Below the pieces are notes generated by a model. It did no database searches, was not told the origin of the DNA, and saw nothing but the letters and a program-made list of their open reading frames with translations. Position numbers and translations under genes: made by a program. Positions 15,297 to 22,712 of a DNA stretch of 23,052 nt are shown here, in pieces. Origin of the DNA: Patescibacteria group bacterium (GTDB taxonomy: Bacteria; Patescibacteriota; Patescibacteriia; Patescibacteriales; UBA12465); assembly GCA_034002925.1 (NCBI GenBank), contig JAVEZP010000006.1, positions 1 to 23,052 of the forward strand, written 5' to 3'. The first letter of the stretch is position 1. Every line of letters begins with the position of its first letter.

Positions 15297-15729
15297 GTTG
15301 TTGTAATATATCTTTGATTTCTTGGAGCAGTTTGGCTTCTTGACTAATTTTTTCTTCTTTAATTTCTTTTGGTTTTTCTACTTCTTTTTGAAAATGTTTT
15401 TTGACGCTTATTAAGGCCTTAATCATTAAAAACACTGAAAAAGCAATAATGAGGAAGTCAATAATATTTTGCAGAAAAAGACCAGCGTTTAAATTTAAAG
15501 CAGTTTGTATAATTTCGCCATCAGCGCTAATTTTTTCTGGTCTTAATAAAATTTTCCAGGCTTTAAAGTCACTACCACCACTGAGTAGTCCAATAATAGG
15601 CATAATAATATCAGCTACCAGCGAGGAAACAATTTTGCCAAAAGCGCCACCCACGATAACAGCGGTGGCTAAATCTATGACATTGCCTTTAATGGCAAAA
15701 GCTTTAAATTCTTGAATTAATTTTTTCAT
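15280..15729 (-). CDS. mscL: Large-conductance mechanosensitive channel MscL
   Basis: Nearly collinear with E. coli MscL: …[43 protein letters not shown]…, two TM helices and a charged C-terminal helix. Confidence 0.9.
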   Translation of the reverse strand: MKKLIQEFKAFAIKGNVIDLATAVIVGGAFGKIVSSLVADIIMPIIGLLSGGSDFKAWKILLRPEKISADGEIIQTALNLNAGLFLQNIIDFLIIAFSVFLMIKALISVKKHFQKEVEKPKEIKEEKISQEAKLLQEIKDILQQQKRAQ

Positions 15730-15809
15730 ATTTTTATTTAATATTAATTAATTAAATTATATCATTTCTCTTTAAAAGTGGCTATTTATTTGGTTATCTC
15801 TTAGAAAAT

Positions 15810-15818
15810 TGGTATAAT
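15810..15818 (+). promoter_or_regulatory. Extended -10 promoter TGgTATAAT for the Nramp-like transporter gene
   Basis: TG at 15810-15811 and TATAAT at 15813-15818, about 23 nt upstream of the ATG at 15848. Confidence 0.45.
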
Positions 15819-15847
15819 AGAGAAAGTTATAAATTATTTTTTTACTT

Positions 15848-17233
15848 ATGGCTTTAAAAAAGTTTCCTTTACCTTTAAGGCTTAAACAAATGTTAGGTCC
15901 TAGCTTTATTATTTTAGCTTTAGGTCTTGGTTCCGGTGAAGTTATTCTGTGGCCTTATTTAGTTTCAAACTATGGTTTAGGAGTAGCTTGGGGCGCTTTG
16001 CTTGGTATTACTTTTCAATTTTTTATGAACATGGAAATTGAACGCTATGCTTTAGTAAAGGGGGAAAGTGTATTTGTGGGTATTGCTCGTTTTTTTCCAG
16101 CGGCTATTTATTGGTTTATCATTTCCACTTTTATTGGTTTTGGTTTACCGGGTATCGTGGCGGCTTCTGCTCAGGTTTTGGCTGAGGTGTTTTCTTTGCC
16201 TGATTTTAAGTGGTTGGCGATTATTTTACTGCTGATTATCGGCCTGATTCTTACTTTTGGACGAACAGTTTATGGCATGATGGAGAAAATTACTAAATTA
16301 ATTATTTTCCTTGGTGTTCCTTTTATTTTTGTACTAGCTCTTTATTTTGGTAGTTCTGAGTCTTGGCTGACTTTAGGGCAGGGATTAGTTGGTAAAGGTG
16401 AGGGTTTTTGGTTTTTTGCTCCTGGTATTGCTATTGCTACCTTTTTAGGTGCCTTTGCTTATAGTGGCGCAGGTGGCAATTTAAATTTAACTCAATCTAT
16501 TTATATTAAAGAAAAGGGTTATGGCATGGGCGCTTATAGCCAAAAAATTGCTGGTTTATTTGCTCATAAAGGCAAACAGGAAGTTCGTTTAGCAGGTGAA
16601 GATTTTGAGCTAAATCAAGAAAATATTAGTTTATTTAAAAAGTGGTGGCGTTTAATCAATTTAGAGCATTTTTTAGTTTTTTGGTTAATAGGCTTTATTT
16701 CCATGAGCATGTTAATGTTTTTAGCTTATAATACTGTTTATGGTTTAGGTGGTAATGCCGAGGGAATTAATTTTGTTATTAAAGAGGGTTTACAAATTGG
16801 TGCTCTCACTACTCCTACTTTAGGTCTGTTTTTCTTAATTGTAATCGCAGTGATGTTGTTTCAAACTCAATTAGGCATCATGGATTCCACTAGTCGGATT
16901 ATGTCGGAGAACGCGGCGATTGCCAGATTGCGTCGTAGTGGCGCTAAACAGATTGCTCTTTCTCGTATTTATTACATTTTTGTGTGGGCCCAAATTGCTT
17001 TTGGTATTACCTTGTTTCTCTTTAATTTCTATGAACCCAAGACATTAATTGTTTTAGGGGCAGTAATTAATGCGTTTGCGATGTTAGTACATACGATTTT
17101 AGTAACTATTTTAAATCAAAAAGCATTGAAGCCGGTTTTTCGTCCACGTCGATGGCGTAAAATCATCATTTATCTTATTATTGCTTTCTTTGCGGTCTTT
17201 AGCGCGATTGTATTTAAAGCACAATTATTCTAA
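15848..17233 (+). CDS. Nramp/SLC11-related transporter homolog with a non-canonical metal-site motif
   Basis: The TM1 region GPSFIILALGLGSGEVILW…GVAWGALLGITFQFFMNMEIE is collinear with MntH GPAFIAAIGYIDPGNFATN…LLWVVVWANLMAMLIQ. However DPGN is replaced by GSGE, and the TM6 A-M-P-H region reads GAFAYSGAGGN. About 11-12 TM helices. Confidence 0.45.
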   Translation: MALKKFPLPLRLKQMLGPSFIILALGLGSGEVILWPYLVSNYGLGVAWGALLGITFQFFMNMEIERYALVKGESVFVGIARFFPAAIYWFIISTFIGFGLPGIVAASAQVLAEVFSLPDFKWLAIILLLIIGLILTFGRTVYGMMEKITKLIIFLGVPFIFVLALYFGSSESWLTLGQGLVGKGEGFWFFAPGIAIATFLGAFAYSGAGGNLNLTQSIYIKEKGYGMGAYSQKIAGLFAHKGKQEVRLAGEDFELNQENISLFKKWWRLINLEHFLVFWLIGFISMSMLMFLAYNTVYGLGGNAEGINFVIKEGLQIGALTTPTLGLFFLIVIAVMLFQTQLGIMDSTSRIMSENAAIARLRRSGAKQIALSRIYYIFVWAQIAFGITLFLFNFYEPKTLIVLGAVINAFAMLVHTILVTILNQKALKPVFRPRRWRKIIIYLIIAFFAVFSAIVFKAQLF

Positions 17234-17331
17234 ATTGTTATCTTTTTTTGTTATTTACGTCTATACTATATAGGGAGTAATATGCTTCATTAAAATTATT
17301 AATTCATTTAATATAATTAAATTAAAACAAT

Positions 17332-18078
17332 ATGAAAAAAACTAGTTTTATTTTAGCAGTCATTGGTATCTTAGTTTTAGCTGGGGTGTCAATTACAGCG
17401 ATTGTGATGAGTAATCGCGTTAATAATCAAGATCGTTTTTCGGTTAATGGCTCAGGTGTAGTTTATGCTAAAGCTGATATTGCTAATATCACCATTGGCT
17501 TTAAAACAGAGGTGAAAAAAGAAGCAGCGGCCGCTTCTCAAGAAAGTGCGGAGAAAATGAATGCTATTATTGAAGTCTTGGATGATTTAGGGGTAGAGGA
17601 AAAAGATATTAAAACTACTGATTATAGTTTACGTCCAGTCTATCGCTGGACAGAAAAAGATGGTCAATTATTACAAGGTTATGAAGTTTCACAAAACATT
17701 CAAGTGAAAGTGCGCGATTTAACAAAAATTGGTGAAGTAATTAGTCGTAGCACCGAAAAGGGCGCTAATCAAGTGGGTAATGTGAATTTCAGCATTGATG
17801 ATGAATATGAATTAAAAAATGAAGCTAGAGAATTAGCTATTCAAAAAGCGAAAGAAAAAGCTGAATTAATGGCTAGTCAGGCAGGTATGAAATTAGGTAG
17901 AGTGACTAGTGTTTATGAAAATGATAGTAATAATTATCCTGTACCAATGTATGCTAATGCTAAGCTAGAAATGGCTGACGATGCTGGTTTAGGTGGTGCT
18001 TCGTTTGAGATTAACAATATTCAGACTGGTCAGAATGAGATTAGGGTAGAGGTGACTTTAGTCTATGAGGTGAAATAA
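17332..18078 (+). CDS. SIMPL-domain (DUF541; BP26/OMP28-like) secreted or membrane-anchored protein
   Basis: An N-terminal TM/signal segment followed by the typical SIMPL pattern …YEVSQNIQVKVRDLTKIGEVISRSTEKGANQVGNVNFSIDD…ARELAIQKAKEKAELMASQAGMKLGRVTSVYE…. Confidence 0.75.
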   Translation: MKKTSFILAVIGILVLAGVSITAIVMSNRVNNQDRFSVNGSGVVYAKADIANITIGFKTEVKKEAAAASQESAEKMNAIIEVLDDLGVEEKDIKTTDYSLRPVYRWTEKDGQLLQGYEVSQNIQVKVRDLTKIGEVISRSTEKGANQVGNVNFSIDDEYELKNEARELAIQKAKEKAELMASQAGMKLGRVTSVYENDSNNYPVPMYANAKLEMADDAGLGGASFEINNIQTGQNEIRVEVTLVYEVK

Positions 18079-18105
18079 GACAAAAGAATTAAGTCATAGT
18101 TTATA

Positions 18106-18130
18106 AAAACCGCTGAATTAGCGGTTTTTA
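18106..18130 (+). terminator. Intrinsic terminator after the SIMPL gene
   Basis: AAAACCGCT-gaatt-AGCGGTTTTTA. Confidence 0.7.
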
Positions 18131-18222
18131 TATATAAACAATCTTTTCTTTGACTTTTTTAACTTTTTATGTTAAGTTGCAATTAAATAGTCCTTTTATC
18201 AATTTCCAAATATTATAGTATC

Positions 18223-18678
18223 ATGAAAAAAATAGAAAAAATAAGAGCTTTAATTGATCAGTATGATCGTGTTGACAGCGATCCAAGCGAGTTAAAAGAT
18301 TATTATTTTCGTCATTTGCAAAGAAATTTCTTTTTATTTTGTATTTTCTTTGTTTTTGTGAGCGCTGTTATTGAGGCTTATTTTATGCCTCATTTATCTG
18401 TGATTAGCCCGATGCTGATTACGGCTGCTATATGTTTATTTCTTGCCTTATATTCACAGACTTGGCACGCTGACATGAAAGGTGTATTTTTTTTAAGCCT
18501 TTTTAGCTTGAAGAACCCTCAGGATGTGAAGTCTAGCACACGGCTAGATATCGCCCGTCAATTACATGCGCTCGGCGCCCATCGTCTTGCAGGAGGACCA
18601 GAGGAAGCAGTTTTAGCAGGGAAGGTGATTGATATAATTGCTGAAAATATTGAATATGATATTGCGTTGGCAATCTAA
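18223..18678 (+). CDS. Hypothetical small membrane protein (2 TM helices)
   Basis: A clean 151-aa ORF between two terminators, with two hydrophobic helices and no recognisable family. Confidence 0.45.
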   Translation: MKKIEKIRALIDQYDRVDSDPSELKDYYFRHLQRNFFLFCIFFVFVSAVIEAYFMPHLSVISPMLITAAICLFLALYSQTWHADMKGVFFLSLFSLKNPQDVKSSTRLDIARQLHALGAHRLAGGPEEAVLAGKVIDIIAENIEYDIALAI

Positions 18679-18683
18679 AAAAT

Positions 18684-18710
18684 ACCCGATCTATTAGGAT
18701 CGGGTTTTTT
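18684..18710. terminator. Bidirectional intrinsic terminator between the convergent genes ending at 18678 (+) and 18712 (-)
   Basis: ACCCGATC-tattag-GATCGGGT followed by TTTTTT; the plus-strand run before it is AAAAA. Confidence 0.7.
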
Positions 18711-18711
18711 C

Positions 18712-19287
18712 TTATCTTAGATAATGTAAAATATTAATTGCAGTTTTTGCGAGTCTGTCTTTATTTTTTTCTAAATTTCTGGCATTAGCAAAGAGAAAGG
18801 ATTTAGTTTTCATGCCGCAGAAAGCTAGTATATGTTTTTTAAGAGCGTTGATAGCAGCATTAGCGGTGAAAAAACGAGTATAAATAGCGGGACCTGCGCT
18901 ACTAGCAAAAATGGCGGCTTTTTTGCCTTTTAATAAACCAACGGGGACACCTAAAACATATTTAAAGCCAAAACCACCAGTAATAACTCTATCAAGAAAA
19001 CCTTTTAAAATAGCAGGCATATTTTGCCACCAAATAGGGTAGATAAAAATTAGGCGATCAGCAGTTGTAATTTTTGTTTGAAAAATTAAATTTTCTTCAC
19101 TTATTTCTTTATTGCCAGCGCTGTATAATTCTTCTTTCTTCAGTAGAGGGTCATAATTTAAGGCATAGAGATCAATTAGTTCGTAATCTTTTTGTTCATT
19201 CTTTAATCTTTTCTCAATCTCGGATAAAAGATAGCCGCTATGTCCTTCGTGACTAGGATGAGCAAAGATAATTAAATATTTAGACAT
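18712..19287 (-). CDS. Flavodoxin-like-fold NAD(P)H dehydrogenase (quinone) family protein (NQO1/MdaB/KefF-like)
   Basis: …LIIFAHPSHEGHSGYLL… and …LIFIYPIWWQNMPAILKGFLDRV… are typical of the Flavodoxin_2 family of quinone reductases. Confidence 0.7.
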   Translation of the reverse strand: MSKYLIIFAHPSHEGHSGYLLSEIEKRLKNEQKDYELIDLYALNYDPLLKKEELYSAGNKEISEENLIFQTKITTADRLIFIYPIWWQNMPAILKGFLDRVITGGFGFKYVLGVPVGLLKGKKAAIFASSAGPAIYTRFFTANAAINALKKHILAFCGMKTKSFLFANARNLEKNKDRLAKTAINILHYLR

Positions 19288-19297
19288 AAAAATTGAA

Positions 19298-19325
19298 AAA
19301 TTCTCATCATCATGTCTGAGAATTT
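19298..19325. promoter_or_regulatory. Inverted repeat AAATTCTCA-(10 nt)-TGAGAATTT between the HxlR gene and the quinone reductase gene; candidate HxlR operator or attenuator hairpin
   Basis: The 9-bp arms are perfect. The repeat sits 10 bp upstream of the reductase start (19287) and 25 bp downstream of the HxlR stop (19350). Confidence 0.35.
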
Positions 19326-19349
19326 TGTAATAGTGATTTTTTTATTTTT

Positions 19350-19697
19350 TTATTTATTTTTCTTAGTAGCTTTTCTATTTTTAGCATGGGTTTGTCCCCA
19401 GTCTGCTAGTTTACTTAAAACCGTTTTCAAGCTTTTTCCGTAGGGAGTAATCCAATATTCTACTTTTGGTGGTACTTGAGGATAGACTTCACGGTGGATA
19501 ATACCATCTTGTTCTAAGGCGCGTAATTCGGTGGCTAACATTTTTTGAGAAATGCCTTGTAGTTGTCTCTGTAATTCATTAAAACGCACCTTGCCTTCAA
19601 ATAAATGCCAAAGAATTAGAGGTTTCCATTTACCTCCAATGACTTTTAAAGTGGCCGCGACAGCGGCGTGACAATGGTATTTATTTTGTTTAGACAT
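19350..19697 (-). CDS. HxlR-family (DUF24) winged-helix transcriptional regulator
   Basis: …[82 protein letters not shown]… matches the HxlR signature throughout. Confidence 0.85.
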   Translation of the reverse strand: MSKQNKYHCHAAVAATLKVIGGKWKPLILWHLFEGKVRFNELQRQLQGISQKMLATELRALEQDGIIHREVYPQVPPKVEYWITPYGKSLKTVLSKLADWGQTHAKNRKATKKNK

Positions 19698-19717
19698 ACA
19701 CTTACTTTTATTCCTGT

Positions 19718-19748
19718 ATTATATATTATAGTTGGTACTTGTGTCAAT
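19718..19748 (-). promoter_or_regulatory. Candidate promoter for the HxlR gene (minus strand: TTGACA-19-TATAAT)
   Basis: Plus-strand TGTCAA at 19743-19748 and plus-strand ATTATA at 19718-19723. It is divergent from the YceI promoter. Confidence 0.3.
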
Positions 19749-19758
19749 GTTTGTATTA

Positions 19759-19767
19759 TGTTATAAT
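19759..19767 (+). promoter_or_regulatory. Extended -10 promoter TGtTATAAT for the YceI-like gene
   Basis: TG at 19759-19760 and TATAAT at 19762-19767, about 35 nt upstream of the ATG at 19801. Confidence 0.4.
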
Positions 19768-19800
19768 CATGATACTTTATAAATTTAATTATTATAATAT

Positions 19801-20469
19801 ATGAAAAAATTACTTTTTCTTTTTGTTTTGGGTTTTGGCTTAATCGCCTTTTCTGCTTGTACCAGCAATCTTGCTAATCAAGAAGCTCCTATAGGAGAAG
19901 ACTCTAACAATTCTATTAATACTGCTATTAATAATGAAGTAGCGCCTGTTTTAATTGACGGCAGTTATGTGGTGGATGTTAATGCTTCACAAATGACTTG
20001 GCATGCTTCTCGGGTAATTGCTAGTGATCACACTGGTTTAATCCAAATTAAGAATGGTAATTTAGATGTTAGTGAAGGGAATTTAATGGGTGCTAATTTC
20101 ATTATTGATATGAATAGCATCTCTAGTGATGAAGGTTTAGACGCTTTAGTTGGTCATCTGAAAAGCGAAGATTTTTTTGATGTCGCTAATTATCCAGAAG
20201 CATTTTTAGAAATTAATAATGTTACTTATCTTGATGGCGCTTATCAAATAACCGCTGATTTAGGTATTAAAGGCACTGTCTCCAGTATTACTTTCCCCGC
20301 TCAAATCACTACTGAGGCTGACAGATTATTAGCCACCGCTGCTTTTAGTATTGATCGTACTGTTTGGGATATTCGCTATGGTTCTGGTAAATTCTTTGAA
20401 GATTTAGGAGATAAGACAATTAAAGATGAAATTGATTTTACTATTCAGTTAGAAGCTCAGCGTCAATAA
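19801..20469 (+). CDS. YceI-like domain lipoprotein (polyisoprenoid/quinone-binding family)
   Basis: Lipobox …LIAFSAC…, then the YceI pattern …YVVDVNASQMTWHASRVIASDHTGLIQIKNGNL…FIIDMNSISSDEGLDALVGHLKSEDFFDVANYPEAF…FSIDRTVWDI…. Confidence 0.7.
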   Translation: MKKLLFLFVLGFGLIAFSACTSNLANQEAPIGEDSNNSINTAINNEVAPVLIDGSYVVDVNASQMTWHASRVIASDHTGLIQIKNGNLDVSEGNLMGANFIIDMNSISSDEGLDALVGHLKSEDFFDVANYPEAFLEINNVTYLDGAYQITADLGIKGTVSSITFPAQITTEADRLLATAAFSIDRTVWDIRYGSGKFFEDLGDKTIKDEIDFTIQLEAQRQ

Positions 20470-20492
20470 TTACTTAGATTAATTTATTTACA

Positions 20493-20518
20493 AAGAGCGC
20501 TTTTGAAGCGCTCTTTTG
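20493..20518 (+). terminator. Intrinsic terminator after the YceI-like gene
   Basis: AAGAGCGC-ttttgaa-GCGCTCTT followed by TTTTG. Confidence 0.65.
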
Positions 20519-20596
20519 CTGTTACTAGATTTTTTTAAGCTTTTCTGTTATTCTAAGGAAGAATTATGTTATTTTTTATTTCAATTATCTAAACTT

Positions 20597-22060
20597 ATGG
20601 CCGAAGAAGTAATTTTAAGATTTGATGACGTCACTTTTGAATATTTAGCCAAAAAGCCTGTGTTGGAGGAGGCTAATTTTAGTTTGCGCAAAGGAGCAAA
20701 AATTACCTTAATGGGACAAAATGGGGCGGGGAAAAGCACTATTTTTTCTTTAATCAAAGGAGAAATTACGCCTAAAAGTGGCAAGATTTCCTTAACTAAT
20801 AATCCTAGTATTGGCGCTGCTAGACAAACGATGGCGCAGGAACATTTAGCTTTAAATGTAGAGGATTATTTTGCGACTGCCTTTACTGATCGTCCTGCTA
20901 ATTTACGTAGTCGTATCAGCAAGGTCTTAGAAGCAGTTAATTTAGAAGTGCCCTATGAACGTCTAGTGGGAGAATTATCTGGTGGTCAACAAGCTCGTTT
21001 ATTATTAGCTTATGCCTTAATTCAAGACCCAGATATTTTATTACTAGATGAACCGACTAATAATTTAGATAAAGAAGGTATTGATCATTTACTGACTTTT
21101 TTAATCATGTATGACAAGACGGTTTTAGTTATTTCTCATGATGCTGATTTTTTAAATTGTTTTACCGAGGGTGTTATTTATCTTGATGTCTTTACCCATC
21201 AAACAGAAATGTATGTTGGAGATTATTATTCTGTAGTTGAAGAAATTAGTCGTCGTATTGAAAGAGAGCGTAAAAAGAATGCTCAGTTAGAAAAGAAAAT
21301 TATTGATCGTAAAGAAAAAGTGAACTTTTTTGCTCATAAAGGAGGTAAGATGAGAAAATTAGCACAAAAGATGAAAGAGGAGACTGAAGAGCTGGAAGAT
21401 AATATGGTGGACGTGAGACGAGAGGATAAGACAATTCGTCCTTTTGAAATTCCTGTGCAGGAAGATTTATCTGGTGAAATCGTGCGTTTAGATAAGGTAA
21501 GGGTAATTAAAAAGAATGAACCTATTTTTCATGAGATTAATAAAGCTTTAACTCGACGTACTCGTCTATTGGTCACCGGTCCTAATGGTATTGGCAAAAG
21601 CACTTTATTGCGTTCTTTAGTGGCTGGTAATCAAGAAGGCTTAGCTATTGCTAAGGCTGTTAAAGTAGGTTACTACAGTCAGGATTTTTCTAATCTTGAT
21701 TATAGTAAAACTGCCTATCAGGTTTTAGAAGAAAGTATGGCTGATGGTTTAGGTGAGCATGAGTTACGTTCTTTAGCGGCTGGTTTTTTGCTTATTGGAG
21801 AAGTTCTAGCCTTACCAGTAGCGGCTTTATCAGAAGGACAAAAAGCCCTTTTAGCTTTTGCTCGTCTGGCTTTAATGCAACCCGGTTTATTAATTTTAGA
21901 TGAACCAACTAATCACATTAATTTTCGTCATTTACCAATCATTGCGGATGCTTTAAATGCTTATGAAGGCGCTATTATTATGGTGAGTCACATGCCTGAT
22001 TTTGTGGAAAAGATTAGAATGGATGAAGAATTGGATTTAGGTAAATTGGCAGAGAAATAA
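20597..22060 (+). CDS. ABC-F family ATPase (tandem ABC domains with a charged interdomain linker; translation factor of the EttA/Uup type)
   Basis: Two Walker A motifs (GQNGAGKST and GPNGIGKST), two ABC signature motifs (LSGGQQAR and LSEGQKAL), a 70-aa or so Lys/Glu/Arg-rich linker, and no TM domain. I place the start at the ATG at 20597, not the TTG at 20516 suggested by the ORF track. Confidence 0.8.
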   Translation: MAEEVILRFDDVTFEYLAKKPVLEEANFSLRKGAKITLMGQNGAGKSTIFSLIKGEITPKSGKISLTNNPSIGAARQTMAQEHLALNVEDYFATAFTDRPANLRSRISKVLEAVNLEVPYERLVGELSGGQQARLLLAYALIQDPDILLLDEPTNNLDKEGIDHLLTFLIMYDKTVLVISHDADFLNCFTEGVIYLDVFTHQTEMYVGDYYSVVEEISRRIERERKKNAQLEKKIIDRKEKVNFFAHKGGKMRKLAQKMKEETEELEDNMVDVRREDKTIRPFEIPVQEDLSGEIVRLDKVRVIKKNEPIFHEINKALTRRTRLLVTGPNGIGKSTLLRSLVAGNQEGLAIAKAVKVGYYSQDFSNLDYSKTAYQVLEESMADGLGEHELRSLAAGFLLIGEVLALPVAALSEGQKALLAFARLALMQPGLLILDEPTNHINFRHLPIIADALNAYEGAIIMVSHMPDFVEKIRMDEELDLGKLAEK

Positions 22061-22085
22061 AGAAAATGATTTGCTAATATAAATA

Positions 22086-22116
22086 AAAAAGCTCGTTTTG
22101 ATAACGAGCTTTATTT
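22086..22116. terminator. Bidirectional intrinsic terminator between ABC-F (+) and the 22111..22635 gene (-); the minus-strand stop lies in the T-run
   Basis: AAAAAAGCTCGTT-ttgat-AACGAGCTTTATTT. Confidence 0.7.
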
Positions 22117-22635
22117 AATTATGTAGTTTAATACTATAGCGATAACATAGAGCGTTAAGGCGAGTATAAAACCATAGATTAAACCAATGAAAGTCAGGCC
22201 AAAAATGAAACCAGTTAAAAGAGCTAGAAATAAAGCACTGCGATCACTAAAGAACAAAAAGACAATTGTAATCCAGGCTAGACTAGCGCAAATAGCAAAA
22301 ATATTAGAAGCTAATATTTGCGATCCGATGCTTGTGATTAAAAGAACAATGGCCAAAATCCAGGAATTAGCTGCTTGGTGAGCTAAATATCCTTGACGAA
22401 TGATAAAATAAATAAATATTGGCCAGAGACTTGCATCCCAAAGACGAGAATAGGGATGAAATAATTCAATAAATTCTGGCATCCCTAAGCGGTATACTGG
22501 GTTCTCATACAGTCTGATACTATTAATATCTGGCCAGATGATGATACCAAGATAATCTAGGCAATATGCCCAAGTAGTTAAAATTAGGCTTAATCCGATT
22601 ATCAGAAAAAGCCAACTATGAAGAAACTTTTTCAT
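22111..22635 (-). CDS. Hypothetical polytopic membrane protein (5-6 TM helices)
   Basis: A 174-aa protein, strongly hydrophobic, with no confident family assignment. Confidence 0.45.
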   Translation of the reverse strand: MKKFLHSWLFLIIGLSLILTTWAYCLDYLGIIIWPDINSIRLYENPVYRLGMPEFIELFHPYSRLWDASLWPIFIYFIIRQGYLAHQAANSWILAIVLLITSIGSQILASNIFAICASLAWITIVFLFFSDRSALFLALLTGFIFGLTFIGLIYGFILALTLYVIAIVLNYIIK

Positions 22636-22646
22636 GATAATTTTTT

Positions 22647-22675
22647 TTGATTGTTAAAGAATAATATAGTATTAT
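22647..22675 (+). promoter_or_regulatory. Candidate promoter for the yjjX-like gene (TTGATT-17-TATTAT)
   Basis: TTGATT at 22647-22652, a 17-bp spacer, then TATTAT at 22670-22675, about 38 nt upstream of the ATG at 22713. Confidence 0.35.
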
Positions 22676-22712
22676 ATGATAGATTATTATTTTTGTAAAT
22701 CTTACTAATTTT

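Noticed and set aside
15401-15715. 104-aa ORF antisense to mscL
   Set aside because: mscL on the minus strand is collinear with E. coli MscL; the plus-strand ORF is a mirror artefact.
19074-19256. 60-aa ORF antisense to the quinone reductase gene
   Set aside because: Embedded in a conserved flavodoxin-fold CDS.
19791-19800. A second TATAAT immediately (2 nt) upstream of the YceI ATG
   Set aside because: It is too close to the start codon to act as a -10 box for this gene, since the TSS would fall inside the CDS. It more likely reflects AT-rich start context; the extended -10 at 19759-19767 is the better promoter candidate.
20516-20596. N-terminal extension of the ABC-F ORF from a TTG at 20516 (MLLLDFFKLFCYSKEELCYFLFQLSKL)
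   Set aside because: The extension overlaps the YceI terminator hairpin (20493-20518) and has no homology. ABC-F proteins begin right at the first ABC domain, as the ATG at 20597 does (MAEEVILRFDDV…). This is ORF-caller over-extension.
20581-20784. 67-aa antisense ORF at the ABC-F 5' end
   Set aside because: Antisense to the Walker A region of ABC-F.
22187-22381. 64-aa plus-strand ORF (Lys/Arg-rich) antisense to the 22111..22635 membrane protein gene
   Set aside because: Embedded antisense ORF. Its basic composition is simply the complement of hydrophobic codons.
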